A stretch of 64,000 nucleotides of DNA from a virus (IMGVR_UViG_3300025073_000989), one strand, 5' to 3'; counted from the first letter of the stretch, positions 1 to 9,598 are shown. The notes: generated from the letters alone by a model not told the origin. Made by a program: numbers and translations.

Positions 1-94
1 GCGTACTACTTCAGCGTACAATCGTCAAGATTTTTACCGGCAATTACCGAATAAGAATAAAATACGAGTAAACTTTAATATAGTAAAACCGTTC

Positions 95-454
95 TTGTAT
101 ACAAGAGAGGACTTGACCGCATGCTTGTGCCACTACGGAGCTATGGGGTTTAACTCTATAAAGTTATCAGAAATACAACATGGGAAAGATATATACGTAT
201 CGTTTGCCGATGTATTTGATTTCTTCATGCTTTCGGCTTATTCACACGGTTGCCAGAGTTATATTGATACAAGCAAAATTTTACCTGGTTTTGATACACC
301 TTTATTACTGAAAAGATCATGTTTTTTGTGTGAAGAAAGTCTATCTGCATCGTTAGCGGACGGAATAAAGCTAGTGGCTAAAATATTTAGGCCAAGCAAA
401 AATAAATATGGTGTTGTCTATGAAAATGGATCACTACAAGGAGGATGGGTATGA
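95..454 (+). CDS. hypothetical protein
   Basis: ORF track only; TTG start uncertain; no recognisable motif. Confidence 0.4.
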   Translation: MYTREDLTACLCHYGAMGFNSIKLSEIQHGKDIYVSFADVFDFFMLSAYSHGCQSYIDTSKILPGFDTPLLLKRSCFLCEESLSASLADGIKLVAKIFRPSKNKYGVVYENGSLQGGWV

Positions 455-529
455 AAACAAAATTGATTGCGGTTTATACGCAATTATTAAGAGATATGGA
501 TAAGTTTATTAAAGTTATGGCTGGACATT

Positions 530-760
530 GTGGTACCAGAGGTCATTGTTCTTAATGATAAATTTATGGTAATATGCGACAAAGAACAGTACTGTATGGA
601 TTTTCACTGTTTACACAAATATGCTCATAGGAAAATGTTTTTTGGTAAGTGCAATGATCGTCATTGCGATATATTAGATTGCAACGTCACTTGTAAAACA
701 ACCAAAAATATTAGTAACATTCTACCACATGAGTATAACATTAAAAGTATATTGGTGTAA
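530..760 (+). CDS. small Cys/His-rich hypothetical protein
   Basis: ORF track; several Cys/His; stop lies just before the next gene start. Confidence 0.4.
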   Translation: MVPEVIVLNDKFMVICDKEQYCMDFHCLHKYAHRKMFFGKCNDRHCDILDCNVTCKTTKNISNILPHEYNIKSILV

Positions 761-763
761 TAC

Positions 764-1366
764 ATGCTGGAAAAAGAAAAACAAAATGCTGTTATAACTA
801 TGGGAGGAAAAAGAGGCCCGAACTGGTTTAAATCAACAACTCCTTATGGTTATAATATAGCCCTATGTATTAGTGCAGTAATAAAAGAAATAAGAAGAGG
901 AAATGAAGAGCATGCTGTTTATTGGTCATACCAAATAGCCATCTCTGGCCCAGAAGCAGAGAAATTTTTATGGGAACTTCTCAGAGTACATTCCATAGAA
1001 GATATAAGCCTTTCAAATCCAGAAGCTATAAATATTGTATGTAATGTAATGAATTTGTACTTTGATTTACCAAATACAGATAATCGTAAATATGCGGTAT
1101 TGACCTATATTGTTGTGTACATGGCAAGACAAACAAAAACAAGGTACACAAACGATCTATTTCTTAACATCATTAGCAGATTACACAGCGGTGATATGAA
1201 ATTAGAAATACCAGATTATGCTATTGATCTCCATAGTCCGGAAGGGAGAAAAATGGGTAGAGGGTTAGGACATTATCTTTTAGAGGCCTCTTTTCTAGAA
1301 AACGAAGATAATAGATTTTCAAAAAAATACAAAGCTGAACTACTAAAACAAAATAAACAACCGTAG
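764..1366 (+). CDS. stand-alone MgsA/RarA C-terminal-domain-like protein
   Basis: ISAVIKEIRRG...AVYW, EDISLSNPEA and IPDYAIDLHSPEGRKMGRG resemble the RarA/MgsA C-terminal helical domain (SALQKSIRG...; EDIGLADP; PDYALD.HT..G..MGRG); no Walker A motif. Confidence 0.7.
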   Translation: MLEKEKQNAVITMGGKRGPNWFKSTTPYGYNIALCISAVIKEIRRGNEEHAVYWSYQIAISGPEAEKFLWELLRVHSIEDISLSNPEAINIVCNVMNLYFDLPNTDNRKYAVLTYIVVYMARQTKTRYTNDLFLNIISRLHSGDMKLEIPDYAIDLHSPEGRKMGRGLGHYLLEASFLENEDNRFSKKYKAELLKQNKQP

Positions 1367-1399
1367 AAAAAATAAGAAAAATTTTTAAAGGGTAGTAAC

Positions 1400-1627
1400 A
1401 TGAAACAAAACTTTGATATTGATACTACAGTAAAAGAAATTAGACCTGAAAAGATTCATAGAAAAAAGCAAGACAAGGCTCGAAGAGGAGATAGGGGTTT
1501 AAGAATACCAAAAAATACTCCATACAAAAGAAATAGAGGTAGTGATATTTATGTTGAAATTGGAGAGGAAGACGCAGAAGACACAAACCAAGCCTTAGAT
1601 TATACAGAACCAAATACAGATGAGTAA
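1400..1627 (+). CDS. hypothetical protein
   Basis: ORF track; RBS-like AAGGG; overlaps next gene. Confidence 0.5.
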   Translation: MKQNFDIDTTVKEIRPEKIHRKKQDKARRGDRGLRIPKNTPYKRNRGSDIYVEIGEEDAEDTNQALDYTEPNTDE

Positions 1628-1865
1628 AAATTGTGATATTCCTATAGAAGAAGCCATAAAGACTGGTTGTTTTAGGGGTTTTGGAATAGATAGATTTTTA
1701 AATATAGGTAATGACCCTATTCTTTTGAGCCTAGCAGAAAGAGAAAGTAAAAAATTATTTACCAAGAGCGAAGCACTAATAGAACCTAAATGCTGTTTTT
1801 TTAGAAGAAAAACTAAAAAACCAACAAAAGAATTTTTGGAGCAACTTCAAAAAATGTTAACTTAA
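1620..1865 (+). CDS. hypothetical protein
   Basis: ORF track; translationally coupled to upstream ORF. Confidence 0.5.
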   Translation: MSKNCDIPIEEAIKTGCFRGFGIDRFLNIGNDPILLSLAERESKKLFTKSEALIEPKCCFFRRKTKKPTKEFLEQLQKMLT

Positions 1866-1879
1866 ATATAGGTATAGTT

Positions 1880-2044
1880 ATGTCCACTGAATTAAAAAAA
1901 TTAACAGCTGTGTGTTTAGACTGTAAAAGATTGAATAAAAAAGCGTATAAAACCTTTTATTGTTTTAAAAGGCCAGACTGTCCCGCTACAAAGTGGACTT
2001 TTGAAATTAAAACTAGAGTGATGTCACAAAAAGAAAAAATTTAA
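1880..2044 (+). CDS. small Cys-rich protein (54 aa, CxxC...C...C)
   Basis: Read manually: MSTELKKLTAVCLDCKR...YCFKRPDCPA...; below the ORF-track length cut-off. Confidence 0.45.
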   Translation: MSTELKKLTAVCLDCKRLNKKAYKTFYCFKRPDCPATKWTFEIKTRVMSQKEKI

Positions 2045-2058
2045 GGAGGTTTTTACTC

Positions 2059-2832
2059 ATGGAATTAAAGTTCTTAGGCTCTGGTGCCGCTTTTACTATG
2101 TCAAATAGACACAGCAACATGCTCTTAACACATAATGAAAAAAATTTATTAATTGACTGCGGATCGGATATTAGACACTCTATAGCACAGGCAGGATTAT
2201 CTCACAGAGATATAGATGCTGTTTATATCTCCCACCTACATGGAGACCATGTAGGAGGTATGGAGTGGTTAGCTTTATACTCATATTTTGATCCAGCCGC
2301 CAATAAAGTTAAGTTGTTTATTAATGCCTCTTTAAAAGAAGATATATGGAACCGGGTACTCAGCGCAGGATTAAGTACTATAGAAGGAGTTGACGCAAAT
2401 CTAACGACATATTTTATTTTAATGGATCATACTGTAACTGGAGCATTTGAGTGGGAAGGTATTCAATTTCAGATGATTCAAACAGTACATACCGTGAATG
2501 GACATCTTCTAATGCCTTCTTTTGGATTAATGTTTAAATTAAATGATAAACTGGTTTTTCTTACAACCGATACACAATTCTGCCCTAACCAAATAAAAGT
2601 ATTTTATCATAAAGCAGATCTTATTTTCCATGATTGTGAAACTACTGGATTTAAATCTGGTGTACATGCACATTATGACGACCTAAAAACACTTCCGGTC
2701 GACATTAAAAGAAAAATGTGGTTGTACCATTATCAAGATGAGTGGTTATACCATTATCAAGACACTAGTGATCAAAATAACGTAAAGGATGGTTTTTTGG
2801 GTTTTATACAAAAAGGACAAGTATTTAAATAA
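2059..2832 (+). CDS. apyc1: MBL-fold metallo-hydrolase, Apyc1-like cyclic-nucleotide phosphodiesterase (putative anti-Pycsar)
   Basis: GSGAAF, LLIDCG, SHLHGDHVGGME, TDTQF, FHDC, GVHA and HYQD match the motif order of phage Apyc1 as recalled; strong RBS AAGGAGG. Confidence 0.75.
   Translation: MELKFLGSGAAFTMSNRHSNMLLTHNEKNLLIDCGSDIRHSIAQAGLSHRDIDAVYISHLHGDHVGGMEWLALYSYFDPAANKVKLFINASLKEDIWNRVLSAGLSTIEGVDANLTTYFILMDHTVTGAFEWEGIQFQMIQTVHTVNGHLLMPSFGLMFKLNDKLVFLTTDTQFCPNQIKVFYHKADLIFHDCETTGFKSGVHAHYDDLKTLPVDIKRKMWLYHYQDEWLYHYQDTSDQNNVKDGFLGFIQKGQVFK
2718..2762 (+). repeat. 24-bp in-frame tandem duplication (WLYHYQDE-WLYHYQD)
   Basis: gtggttgtaccattatcaagatga followed by gtggttataccattatcaaga. 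Confidence 0.9.
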
Positions 2833-2854
2833 AACTAAATAAGTTGAAAAATAT

Positions 2855-3400
2855 ATGAATACACTATCAAAAGTAAAATACTATTATGAATATACGCTAG
2901 ACGACCTTGCCGATTCCACTTATAATATTACTATAAACACGATTAAGGCACGCAATGTATACGAAAACGAATGGGCACTAGAGGATACAAATAAGAGTGA
3001 ACCGAAACCTCAAAACGAAGAAGCAAAAAATAATTTAGTAACAACCAAACTACACAAAAGTAAAACTAAAAAAGGTGTACTATGTTTAAATACAGCTTCA
3101 TTACGACAATTAAGTAGATTACGTGATGATTTTAAGGTATCCGTATATGATTATCAACAAAAATCCTTTAGGTTCTTAAATGTAATAATTCCCGGACACT
3201 TGGTTGTAGATACAGGTATAATAGTATTTTCTAGTCATAATATATTTTTATGTAACAAGTTCACTAAACTGAGTACTTTTGTATTTTTTCCTGAAGAATT
3301 GCAAAAAATATTTAGAGCACAAGAGTACTTCTTTTCTTTTGGTTTACCAAGAGTACCAAGCAACCAGGCAAGCAACACAGTAAACGGAAATACTTTATGA
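2855..3400 (+). CDS. hypothetical protein
   Basis: ORF track; overlaps next start (ATGA). Confidence 0.55.
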   Translation: MNTLSKVKYYYEYTLDDLADSTYNITINTIKARNVYENEWALEDTNKSEPKPQNEEAKNNLVTTKLHKSKTKKGVLCLNTASLRQLSRLRDDFKVSVYDYQQKSFRFLNVIIPGHLVVDTGIIVFSSHNIFLCNKFTKLSTFVFFPEELQKIFRAQEYFFSFGLPRVPSNQASNTVNGNTL

Positions 3401-3747
3401 TACAAGAACTAATAGCCCATACAAACAACAGTAATTTTGTATTTAAGCTAAATCAGCAATTAAGTAATGGATTTAGAGTTATACCTGGAACCACGTATGC
3501 TGTAGCGCTAGAAGACGAAAAGGATCATTTCTTTTCTATGGTGCTGTGGAAGAACAACCGTGAAATAATGCTTACTTCTATTACTTTTGGTGCGTTTGTA
3601 AGCCAAGTTAATACTTATCTAAATGACGGCTATTTAGTAGTAGTAGGTACGCTGTATGCGTGTAGTTTAAATATAAGTATAACTATTTTTGATGAAGAAC
3701 CTAAACTTTTTACACAATATTTTTTTAATATTATAGGAAAAGACTAA
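3397..3747 (+). CDS. hypothetical protein with an internal two-repeat structure
   Basis: LSNGFRVIPGTTYA and LNDGYLVVVGTLYA look like two copies of one unit. Confidence 0.55.
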   Translation: MIQELIAHTNNSNFVFKLNQQLSNGFRVIPGTTYAVALEDEKDHFFSMVLWKNNREIMLTSITFGAFVSQVNTYLNDGYLVVVGTLYACSLNISITIFDEEPKLFTQYFFNIIGKD

Positions 3748-4169
3748 TGCTAGAAGTAAGAAGGTATAAAAAAATACACGATATGCCTGAAACATATACT
3801 AGATGGAAAAAACTCGAAATAGAAACAAGATGGATAGCTTTAAGCACACTAAAAGATATGATAAACATAAAAACAAATCCAGATCTTGTTTTAGTGTATA
3901 CAGATAACAAAACAGCACTAGTTTTAGCAGCTTTATTTATGCGCGAAGTTTTTGATGAAATAGACAATACTCTATTTGATCCTGTTACCGGTATTCTATA
4001 TTTATATTTTGGTAATGTGGCGAAAGACGTAGAAAATGCTTTGGGCAGAAAAGAGAAAATAGAGCAGGCAAGGAAAAAAACTATAGAATTAATGGACAAA
4101 TATTTAAACTCCAATAATCTAAGTAATACAAAACTTGATTCAAATTATCAACTATTATTTGATGAATAA
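3747..4169 (+). CDS. hypothetical protein
   Basis: ORF track; TAATG coupling. Confidence 0.55.
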   Translation: MLEVRRYKKIHDMPETYTRWKKLEIETRWIALSTLKDMINIKTNPDLVLVYTDNKTALVLAALFMREVFDEIDNTLFDPVTGILYLYFGNVAKDVENALGRKEKIEQARKKTIELMDKYLNSNNLSNTKLDSNYQLLFDE

Positions 4170-4171
4170 GC

Positions 4172-4423
4172 ATGCTATCTCTAACAATAACAACAGATAA
4201 GTTTAAAAACGAACATGGTATTGCTGACAATATACGTACTGTACTATTAATATGCCCACACTGCAATAAAAATACCTCGCTTACGCTGAGTGGAATTTGT
4301 AAAAGGAATTATGGTTCTCTAAATTACTGCAGAAGGTGCCAGGAATATTTACCAGACATACACAGAATACTAGATAATTTGGAAATTAGATTAAAATTTC
4401 ACTTAGAAAACCGAAATGTATGA
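4172..4423 (+). CDS. Zn-ribbon protein (paralog 1)
   Basis: CPHC...CRRC followed by LPDI...RLKFH. Confidence 0.7.
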   Translation: MLSLTITTDKFKNEHGIADNIRTVLLICPHCNKNTSLTLSGICKRNYGSLNYCRRCQEYLPDIHRILDNLEIRLKFHLENRNV

Positions 4424-4676
4424 AATAACAATTTCAGAAAAAGGCACTGCAGCAGTAAAATGTCAACGCTTTGTTTATAATTGTATAAATTGTGGTAGAG
4501 AACATTACTTTCTTTTAAAAAATGGAGTATTTATTAATAATTCATACTTAACATATGTATGTAGTCAGTGTTATACAGATATTCCAAATATAACTAGACT
4601 ACTTCAAAGTATATATACAAGATTAAGGTTTCATGCCGAGAATAAAAATGATAGAATTAACACAAATTTGCACTAA
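4416..4676 (+). CDS. Zn-ribbon protein (paralog 2)
   Basis: CINC...CSQC followed by IPNI...RLRFH. Confidence 0.7.
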   Translation: MYEITISEKGTAAVKCQRFVYNCINCGREHYFLLKNGVFINNSYLTYVCSQCYTDIPNITRLLQSIYTRLRFHAENKNDRINTNLH

Positions 4677-4887
4677 AACAACTAGTGTTATAAAACTAGG
4701 TCGTATCGTATTTAGATGCCCTGAATGTGGTACTAATCACTCTACTGTTTGTAAAATAAATATGGATGTATGTGACCAGTGCCTTGAAGCATTGCCACAA
4801 GTAATTGAATTAATAGAAAATATAAAAATTAGATTACTGTGGCACTCAATAGGAAATTTAGGTAACTTAAACATAACAACAGATTAG
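4633..4887 (+). CDS. Zn-ribbon protein (paralog 3; start may be 4648)
   Basis: CPEC...CDQC followed by LPQV...RLLWH. Confidence 0.7.
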   Translation: MPRIKMIELTQICTKTTSVIKLGRIVFRCPECGTNHSTVCKINMDVCDQCLEALPQVIELIENIKIRLLWHSIGNLGNLNITTD

Positions 4888-4903
4888 GAACTAAAACTAA
4901 AAA

Positions 4904-5824
4904 ATGGATAATAAAGATTTAGAAATACCAGAAGTACAATTCAATAAAGAAAAACTTTCACTTGGTTACCAACACGGACACAATAGAGTTACTTATTTTT
5001 TATACACCGATGATGGGCCACCAGACTATGTACCAAAAGATCCAGTAAAAGAATTTTCTGCCAAAAAACGTGTTAGTATATGCTTTTCGTTAGCTCTTGA
5101 TGAAATTTTAGATGCGAAAAATGATAAACCTATAAACAGAATGGCTTATTTTATGGAGGAACAGGGATATGAGCTAGGCTATGAGCCAGGAAAGTCTTGC
5201 ATAAAAAAAGCAGTAGTTCAACTTTCTACGGAAGAAAAAGAAGCTTGGGTTAGTATTTGTAAAGAAAACGATACTTTACCTAAATATACCTTTCCAGACA
5301 ACAAGTTAGGACTAGAAAAAGGTGGACACATGGTTGTTGCTTTAGATGATAAAAATATGACCATTGAGTTGTTGTATATTTATTTATCTATGTTAAGATA
5401 CATTCGAGAAGAACCTGGGTTTGTTAGATCGGTAGTATATTTAGTGAATGAAAAAGAGATGAATTTCTTTTTGGCCTTAGTTTTTGCCACTATTATTGCA
5501 GTAAGCCGCACTGGGCATCATATCTTTGATATAAGTAGAAAGTATGGTAGTAAAATCCCAGTTGAAGAATTAGATGTCAACATATCAAGAGCAATAGGAT
5601 TATACAGATTAATTAGAAATCCATTAAAGTACGGTACACCAATTTTCACAGACGGAAAACCAAGTTGGGTATGTTATGAAACAATAACTGGTATAATAAA
5701 CGTAAATGTTAATCTTAAGCCAAAATACTTATTTCATCACAAAGTTGTACAACAAGTTAAAACAGTAACAAAAAGCAAAGAAAATATTGAGAAAATTTTA
5801 CATAAAGTGGTAGGTAGTAAATGA
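4904..5824 (+). CDS. hypothetical protein (306 aa)
   Basis: Long ORF with genome-typical codon usage; no motif recognised. Confidence 0.65.
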   Translation: MDNKDLEIPEVQFNKEKLSLGYQHGHNRVTYFLYTDDGPPDYVPKDPVKEFSAKKRVSICFSLALDEILDAKNDKPINRMAYFMEEQGYELGYEPGKSCIKKAVVQLSTEEKEAWVSICKENDTLPKYTFPDNKLGLEKGGHMVVALDDKNMTIELLYIYLSMLRYIREEPGFVRSVVYLVNEKEMNFFLALVFATIIAVSRTGHHIFDISRKYGSKIPVEELDVNISRAIGLYRLIRNPLKYGTPIFTDGKPSWVCYETITGIINVNVNLKPKYLFHHKVVQQVKTVTKSKENIEKILHKVVGSK

Positions 5825-6048
5825 TAGAATTGATATCTGAACCAGATTTACAGTCTGCTTTCAAAAACGAATTTAAATACAGAATTGTTTGTGAGAAATG
5901 TTCTACTCCAAATAATTTTAAATTAATATTTCCGCAATTTTGTACAATATGTTTAAGTAGGTTTAATTTTACTGGAAACGTTAGATACGATACAATAGAT
6001 AGGTTATTCTTTTGTAAAGACAGACCAAGAATAATAATAATTAAATAG
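5821..6048 (+). CDS. Zn-ribbon protein (paralog 4, divergent)
   Basis: CEKC...CTIC...DRLFF. Confidence 0.6.
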   Translation: MIELISEPDLQSAFKNEFKYRIVCEKCSTPNNFKLIFPQFCTICLSRFNFTGNVRYDTIDRLFFCKDRPRIIIIK

Positions 6049-6079
6049 AAAAATGTTAACTACTTTAAATAGGTAATAA

Positions 6080-6367
6080 TTGATGAAAAATCCATACAGT
6101 TTACCGGAAACAAAAGAAGAACTAGATGCTTTCTACAAGGATCCAGTAACTTGGTTTAAATCAGCATTAAAAATTCAATGGGATAAAGAAATATTAGTAA
6201 AAAAAGTATCGGTTTTATTTAAGGATGGAGCCTCACTAGAAGATAAAAACAGCCTAGTTGCTTTATTATATACTGCTTTACATGTTATGTATAAAGAAAG
6301 AGCGGAATTAGCAGAATTACTAACAAACTTAAATACCCCTTGTGTTGAAGACTTTCCAGATTGGTAA
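6080..6367 (+). CDS. hypothetical protein
   Basis: ORF track. Confidence 0.5.
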   Translation: MMKNPYSLPETKEELDAFYKDPVTWFKSALKIQWDKEILVKKVSVLFKDGASLEDKNSLVALLYTALHVMYKERAELAELLTNLNTPCVEDFPDW

Positions 6368-6371
6368 CAAT

Positions 6372-6572
6372 ATGATAGAAATAGTAATAGCTGGAAATTA
6401 TTTTATAAAAGACGATCGAAAGAGATTTAAATGTCCACATTGTAATTATGTTAATTATGTGTATGAAGTTTTAAGTCCAAGATGTATATCGTGTAACTTG
6501 TTTCTACCAAGATTTGATTTGATATTGAAACACCTATATGATAGACTACGATGGGCAGTAAAAGATAATTAA
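6372..6572 (+). CDS. Zn-ribbon protein (paralog 5)
   Basis: CPHC...CISC followed by LPRF...DRLRW; ATG at 6372 preferred to the TTG at 6342. Confidence 0.65.
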   Translation: MIEIVIAGNYFIKDDRKRFKCPHCNYVNYVYEVLSPRCISCNLFLPRFDLILKHLYDRLRWAVKDN

Positions 6573-6799
6573 AAAAGAACTAAAACTAGGAATTTTTTCC
6601 CGTTAACTGGGAAACTTGGATAAGGACATCAAACTTACTAGCAAAAGCCAATATGGAGCTTGGGGCTGAGAAGTGGCTATTTCTGCTAGTATTAAACCTT
6701 AGACCAAAAAGGAGGAACTGTTTATAATATAAATAAAGTGTATTCTTTATAATTCTATTAAAAAGCAGAAAAAAATTAAACAAACAACGAGGAAGCTCT

Positions 6800-7084
6800 A
6801 TGCTAAGCAGTGATTTTTGGAAGAACAACAAGAAAAAGTTAGTAAGCCTGGTAATGCTTACTATAGTCTATCTAGTAACGTTAAACATTTATTGGTTATT
6901 TAAGGGGTCTTTTGAAGCCCAGCTAGCAACAGGACAACTTGAAGACAGTATCGTCACCTATAGTTTAATCAATAAAGCAATGTATGGAAGTGGTATTGAG
7001 TGGTTAATTACCTTCTGTTTTGGAATAGTAATTTTACCAACGTTAGCAGTAGTTATTTATAATAGCAGAGAAAAAAGTCTATAA
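6800..7084 (+). CDS. two-TM membrane protein
   Basis: Two hydrophobic segments; RBS GAGGA. Confidence 0.6.
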   Translation: MLSSDFWKNNKKKLVSLVMLTIVYLVTLNIYWLFKGSFEAQLATGQLEDSIVTYSLINKAMYGSGIEWLITFCFGIVILPTLAVVIYNSREKSL

Positions 7085-7125
7085 TCTTTTTAAAACACCA
7101 AAAACACTAAATTACGAGGAGAGTT

Positions 7126-7536
7126 ATGAAAAAAGAAAATTTGTTGTTTAATTTGTTGTTTGTAGTAATGTTTTTGTTTATTGGTTTCTGTATCACCACG
7201 TGTGGTCCTGCTAAAATTGAACAATTTGTTACAATAGAATCAAACCAGACAGCCTTTTTAGTACCGCTAGAAGGTGAAACTGAAGGCGGACAACAAAAAC
7301 TTATTTCTATTGACTATTTAAATAAAAATAAAATTGCCGCAAAGAGAATTTCACTACCATTAAGATCTAGAAAAACAGGACATGGTTGGTGGAGGTATGA
7401 GTGGCTTCCAACAATGGGTGTACTTACTGTAAATCGTACACCAGTTACTAGAGAATGGACTAGCGATGTTAAAACCGGCACTACTAATATAGCTGATAAC
7501 TTGTCTCTACCCTACCTTTTTTTTATGGGCCGATAG
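7126..7536 (+). pseudogene. probably truncated N-terminal fragment of a phage SPFH/band-7-like membrane protein
   Basis: TM segment, TAFLVPLEG, KIAAKRI and RTPVTREWT resemble the N-terminus of longer phage SPFH-like proteins as recalled; frame runs into unrelated sequence and ends inside tRNA-Arg. Confidence 0.45.
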
Positions 7537-7602
7537 CTCAGCGGATAGAGCAACAGCCTTCTAAGCTGTAGGCCGAAAGTTCAAATCTTTCTCGGCTCAC
7601 CA
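7527..7602 (+). tRNA. tRNA-Arg (UCU)
   Basis: Acceptor GGGCCGA/TCGGCTC; anticodon arm ACAGC-CTTCTAA-GCTGT; TTCAAAT T-loop; encoded CCA. Confidence 0.95.
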
Positions 7603-7607
7603 TAAAT

Positions 7608-7682
7608 GCTCCTGTACCTCAATGGTTAGAGGGCGTGGCTTATAACCGCGTCATCCTAGTTCGACTCTAGGCAGGAGCACCA
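7608..7682 (+). tRNA. tRNA-Ile (UAU)
   Basis: Acceptor GCTCCTG/CAGGAGC; anticodon arm CGTGG-CTTATAA-CCGCG; TTCGACT T-loop; encoded CCA. Confidence 0.93.
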
Positions 7683-8131
7683 ACACTCAACTTAAACAAA
7701 AAAGGGAGCACACAATGGAAATTAATTTTCAGGAGCTATTAAATAATATTGGCATAACTTCTGAGAGAAGGGGACTAGATGGACGCTTTCTTTAGTTTAG
7801 AAACCCATGAAGAACCAGAAACAAAAACTAAATGGAAAAAAAATAAGAGATAATAAATTTTACTTTTAGTTTTTTTTGTTAATAAGGAACAAATATTATG
7901 ATTAAATGTATTTGTGGCGGGCCGAAATAAATCCGTCAGGGCATGCTGTACTATGTCCGGTCCATGCTGAATGATTAAAAACATGTCAATATATCATGAA
8001 CAAATTGAACAAGAAGTCATCTGTTTTAAATGTAAAAAGAAATTCAAATCAAAAGTTGGCTTAAATGAGGATAAAAATAAAATACCTTGTGAATCCTGTT
8101 GGATAAAAATCTTGCTGGAGAGCAATAAAAA

Positions 8132-8746
8132 ATGAAACGTACTGCTTTATTTACAATGTGCTTGTTAATTTTTTCTTTAAGTTTTACCCCAAACACAGTA
8201 ATGGCAGAAACCAACGTAACAGTGAATTTAGAAGACTTAAGTAAAGATGCAGCAGCCGAGGTTATTAAGAAAAATAAAGAAAAGCAAGAAGTGCCTACAA
8301 CTTTAGAAAAGACTGTGGGTAAAGTCAATGGTTTAGATCCTGAAAATATAAATAAATATGTTGATGTTCTTGGAAACGCATTACAGCGTTTTTGTCAAAT
8401 TCTAAATATCGAAGTTAATTCACTTCTGACCTCAACCGCTGGTATTGGGCTTGCTGCACTCATTGTATGGAATTATGGTGGGGTACAAGTACTAAATATA
8501 GTTGTAGGAATTTTAGCGTCAGCGTTCCTTTATCTAACATTTATACCTGTATGGATTTGGTCATATAGAAAATGCCATTTTAAATACAAAATAGCGCCTT
8601 TTTTCTTCGTATGGTCAAAAAGCAAAGAAGAAATAGCAGAGCCTTTGTTTACAGATGAAGCACGAATGGTTTCTATATTTTTACACGTGATAGTTTTTAT
8701 TATTATGACTGTAATATGTATAGCCTTAGCTTTTGGTGGTTGGTAA
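8132..8746 (+). CDS. membrane protein with N-terminal signal peptide
   Basis: Signal-like N-terminus and several hydrophobic segments; RBS GGAG. Confidence 0.65.
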   Translation: MKRTALFTMCLLIFSLSFTPNTVMAETNVTVNLEDLSKDAAAEVIKKNKEKQEVPTTLEKTVGKVNGLDPENINKYVDVLGNALQRFCQILNIEVNSLLTSTAGIGLAALIVWNYGGVQVLNIVVGILASAFLYLTFIPVWIWSYRKCHFKYKIAPFFFVWSKSKEEIAEPLFTDEARMVSIFLHVIVFIIMTVICIALAFGGW

Positions 8747-8752
8747 CACAAA

Positions 8753-8828
8753 GAGTCTGTAGCTCAATTGGTAGAGCAATACGCTTTTAACGTATAGGTT
8801 CCGAGTTCGAGCCTCGGCAGACTCACCA
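8753..8828 (+). tRNA. tRNA-Lys (UUU)
   Basis: Acceptor GAGTCTG/CAGACTC; anticodon arm ATACG-CTTTTAA-CGTAT; encoded CCA. Confidence 0.95.
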
Positions 8829-8892
8829 GTCGTTTAAATGCCGGTCTAAAAGAAAACCGGTAATTATTAACAAATAACCAAGGAGAAGTATT

Positions 8893-9459
8893 ATGAGTAC
8901 CGGTACTCAGAGACAGAAACAAAAGCCGACAGAGGAGCAAATTGCAAGACGCATTGAAGAGCACAGAGCTAAGAACGCACGTTACATATTTCCAGACCCA
9001 GTAAATGTTGAAGTTACCGCCGAGGATCGCAAATTAGCGGTTGAAATCAGTAGTGAGCCAAAAGACTTGATTATACGTTACCTCAGGAGTTCACCTAGAC
9101 TATCAGTAACAGCAGAAAAAGGCAAAAAACTTACATATTCAGTGGTTCCAGGAGAAATTCGAGGGGCACTAGTAGCTTTTGTTAAAAATGATAGGTTATA
9201 TATCGGTTGGTCAAAAAGAAATGAAAGCTACGAAGCTATAGGAAAGCCGGTCGAAACTTTAGTAAGCTCCAAACAGAGAGCACTTTATACTGCTTGTCTT
9301 AGAGCACTAAAGGATACAATTACAATGGGGGTAAAGCAATATGCCCAAACCAGCGCGGGTAACATTATTCCGGCAAGTGTAGTAAAAAATACGCCTAATT
9401 TTGCAGCACGAGCAATTAGATATTTTAAAAAAGATTTGTATAATGTAAAACTTACCTAA
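8893..9459 (+). CDS. hypothetical basic protein
   Basis: ORF track; RBS AAGGAG. Confidence 0.65.
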   Translation: MSTGTQRQKQKPTEEQIARRIEEHRAKNARYIFPDPVNVEVTAEDRKLAVEISSEPKDLIIRYLRSSPRLSVTAEKGKKLTYSVVPGEIRGALVAFVKNDRLYIGWSKRNESYEAIGKPVETLVSSKQRALYTACLRALKDTITMGVKQYAQTSAGNIIPASVVKNTPNFAARAIRYFKKDLYNVKLT

Positions 9460-9486
9460 ACTAAATATACAATTATAATTAATAAA

Positions 9487-9524
9487 AATAATAACGGGAG
9501 CCAATATTGGTTCCCGTTATTATT
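9487..9524. terminator. near-perfect palindrome, probable intrinsic (bidirectional) terminator
   Basis: aataataacgggagccaat / attggttcccgttattatt, 20-30 bp after the 9459 stop. Confidence 0.7.
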
Positions 9525-9598
9525 TAAATATTTGAAGGAGCTTTAATGTCAATTATAAATATTCATAGGCCTAAAATTGATCTATCGGCTCTGGTGTC

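Noticed and set aside
7715-7852. In-frame TAG in a small ORF (…RRD*MDAFF…), raising possible stop-codon reassignment
   Set aside because: Long conserved genes (RNAP, helicase, NAMPT) are not broken by TAG/TGA, several end properly at TAG, and there is no suppressor tRNA; a nonsense pseudogene is more likely
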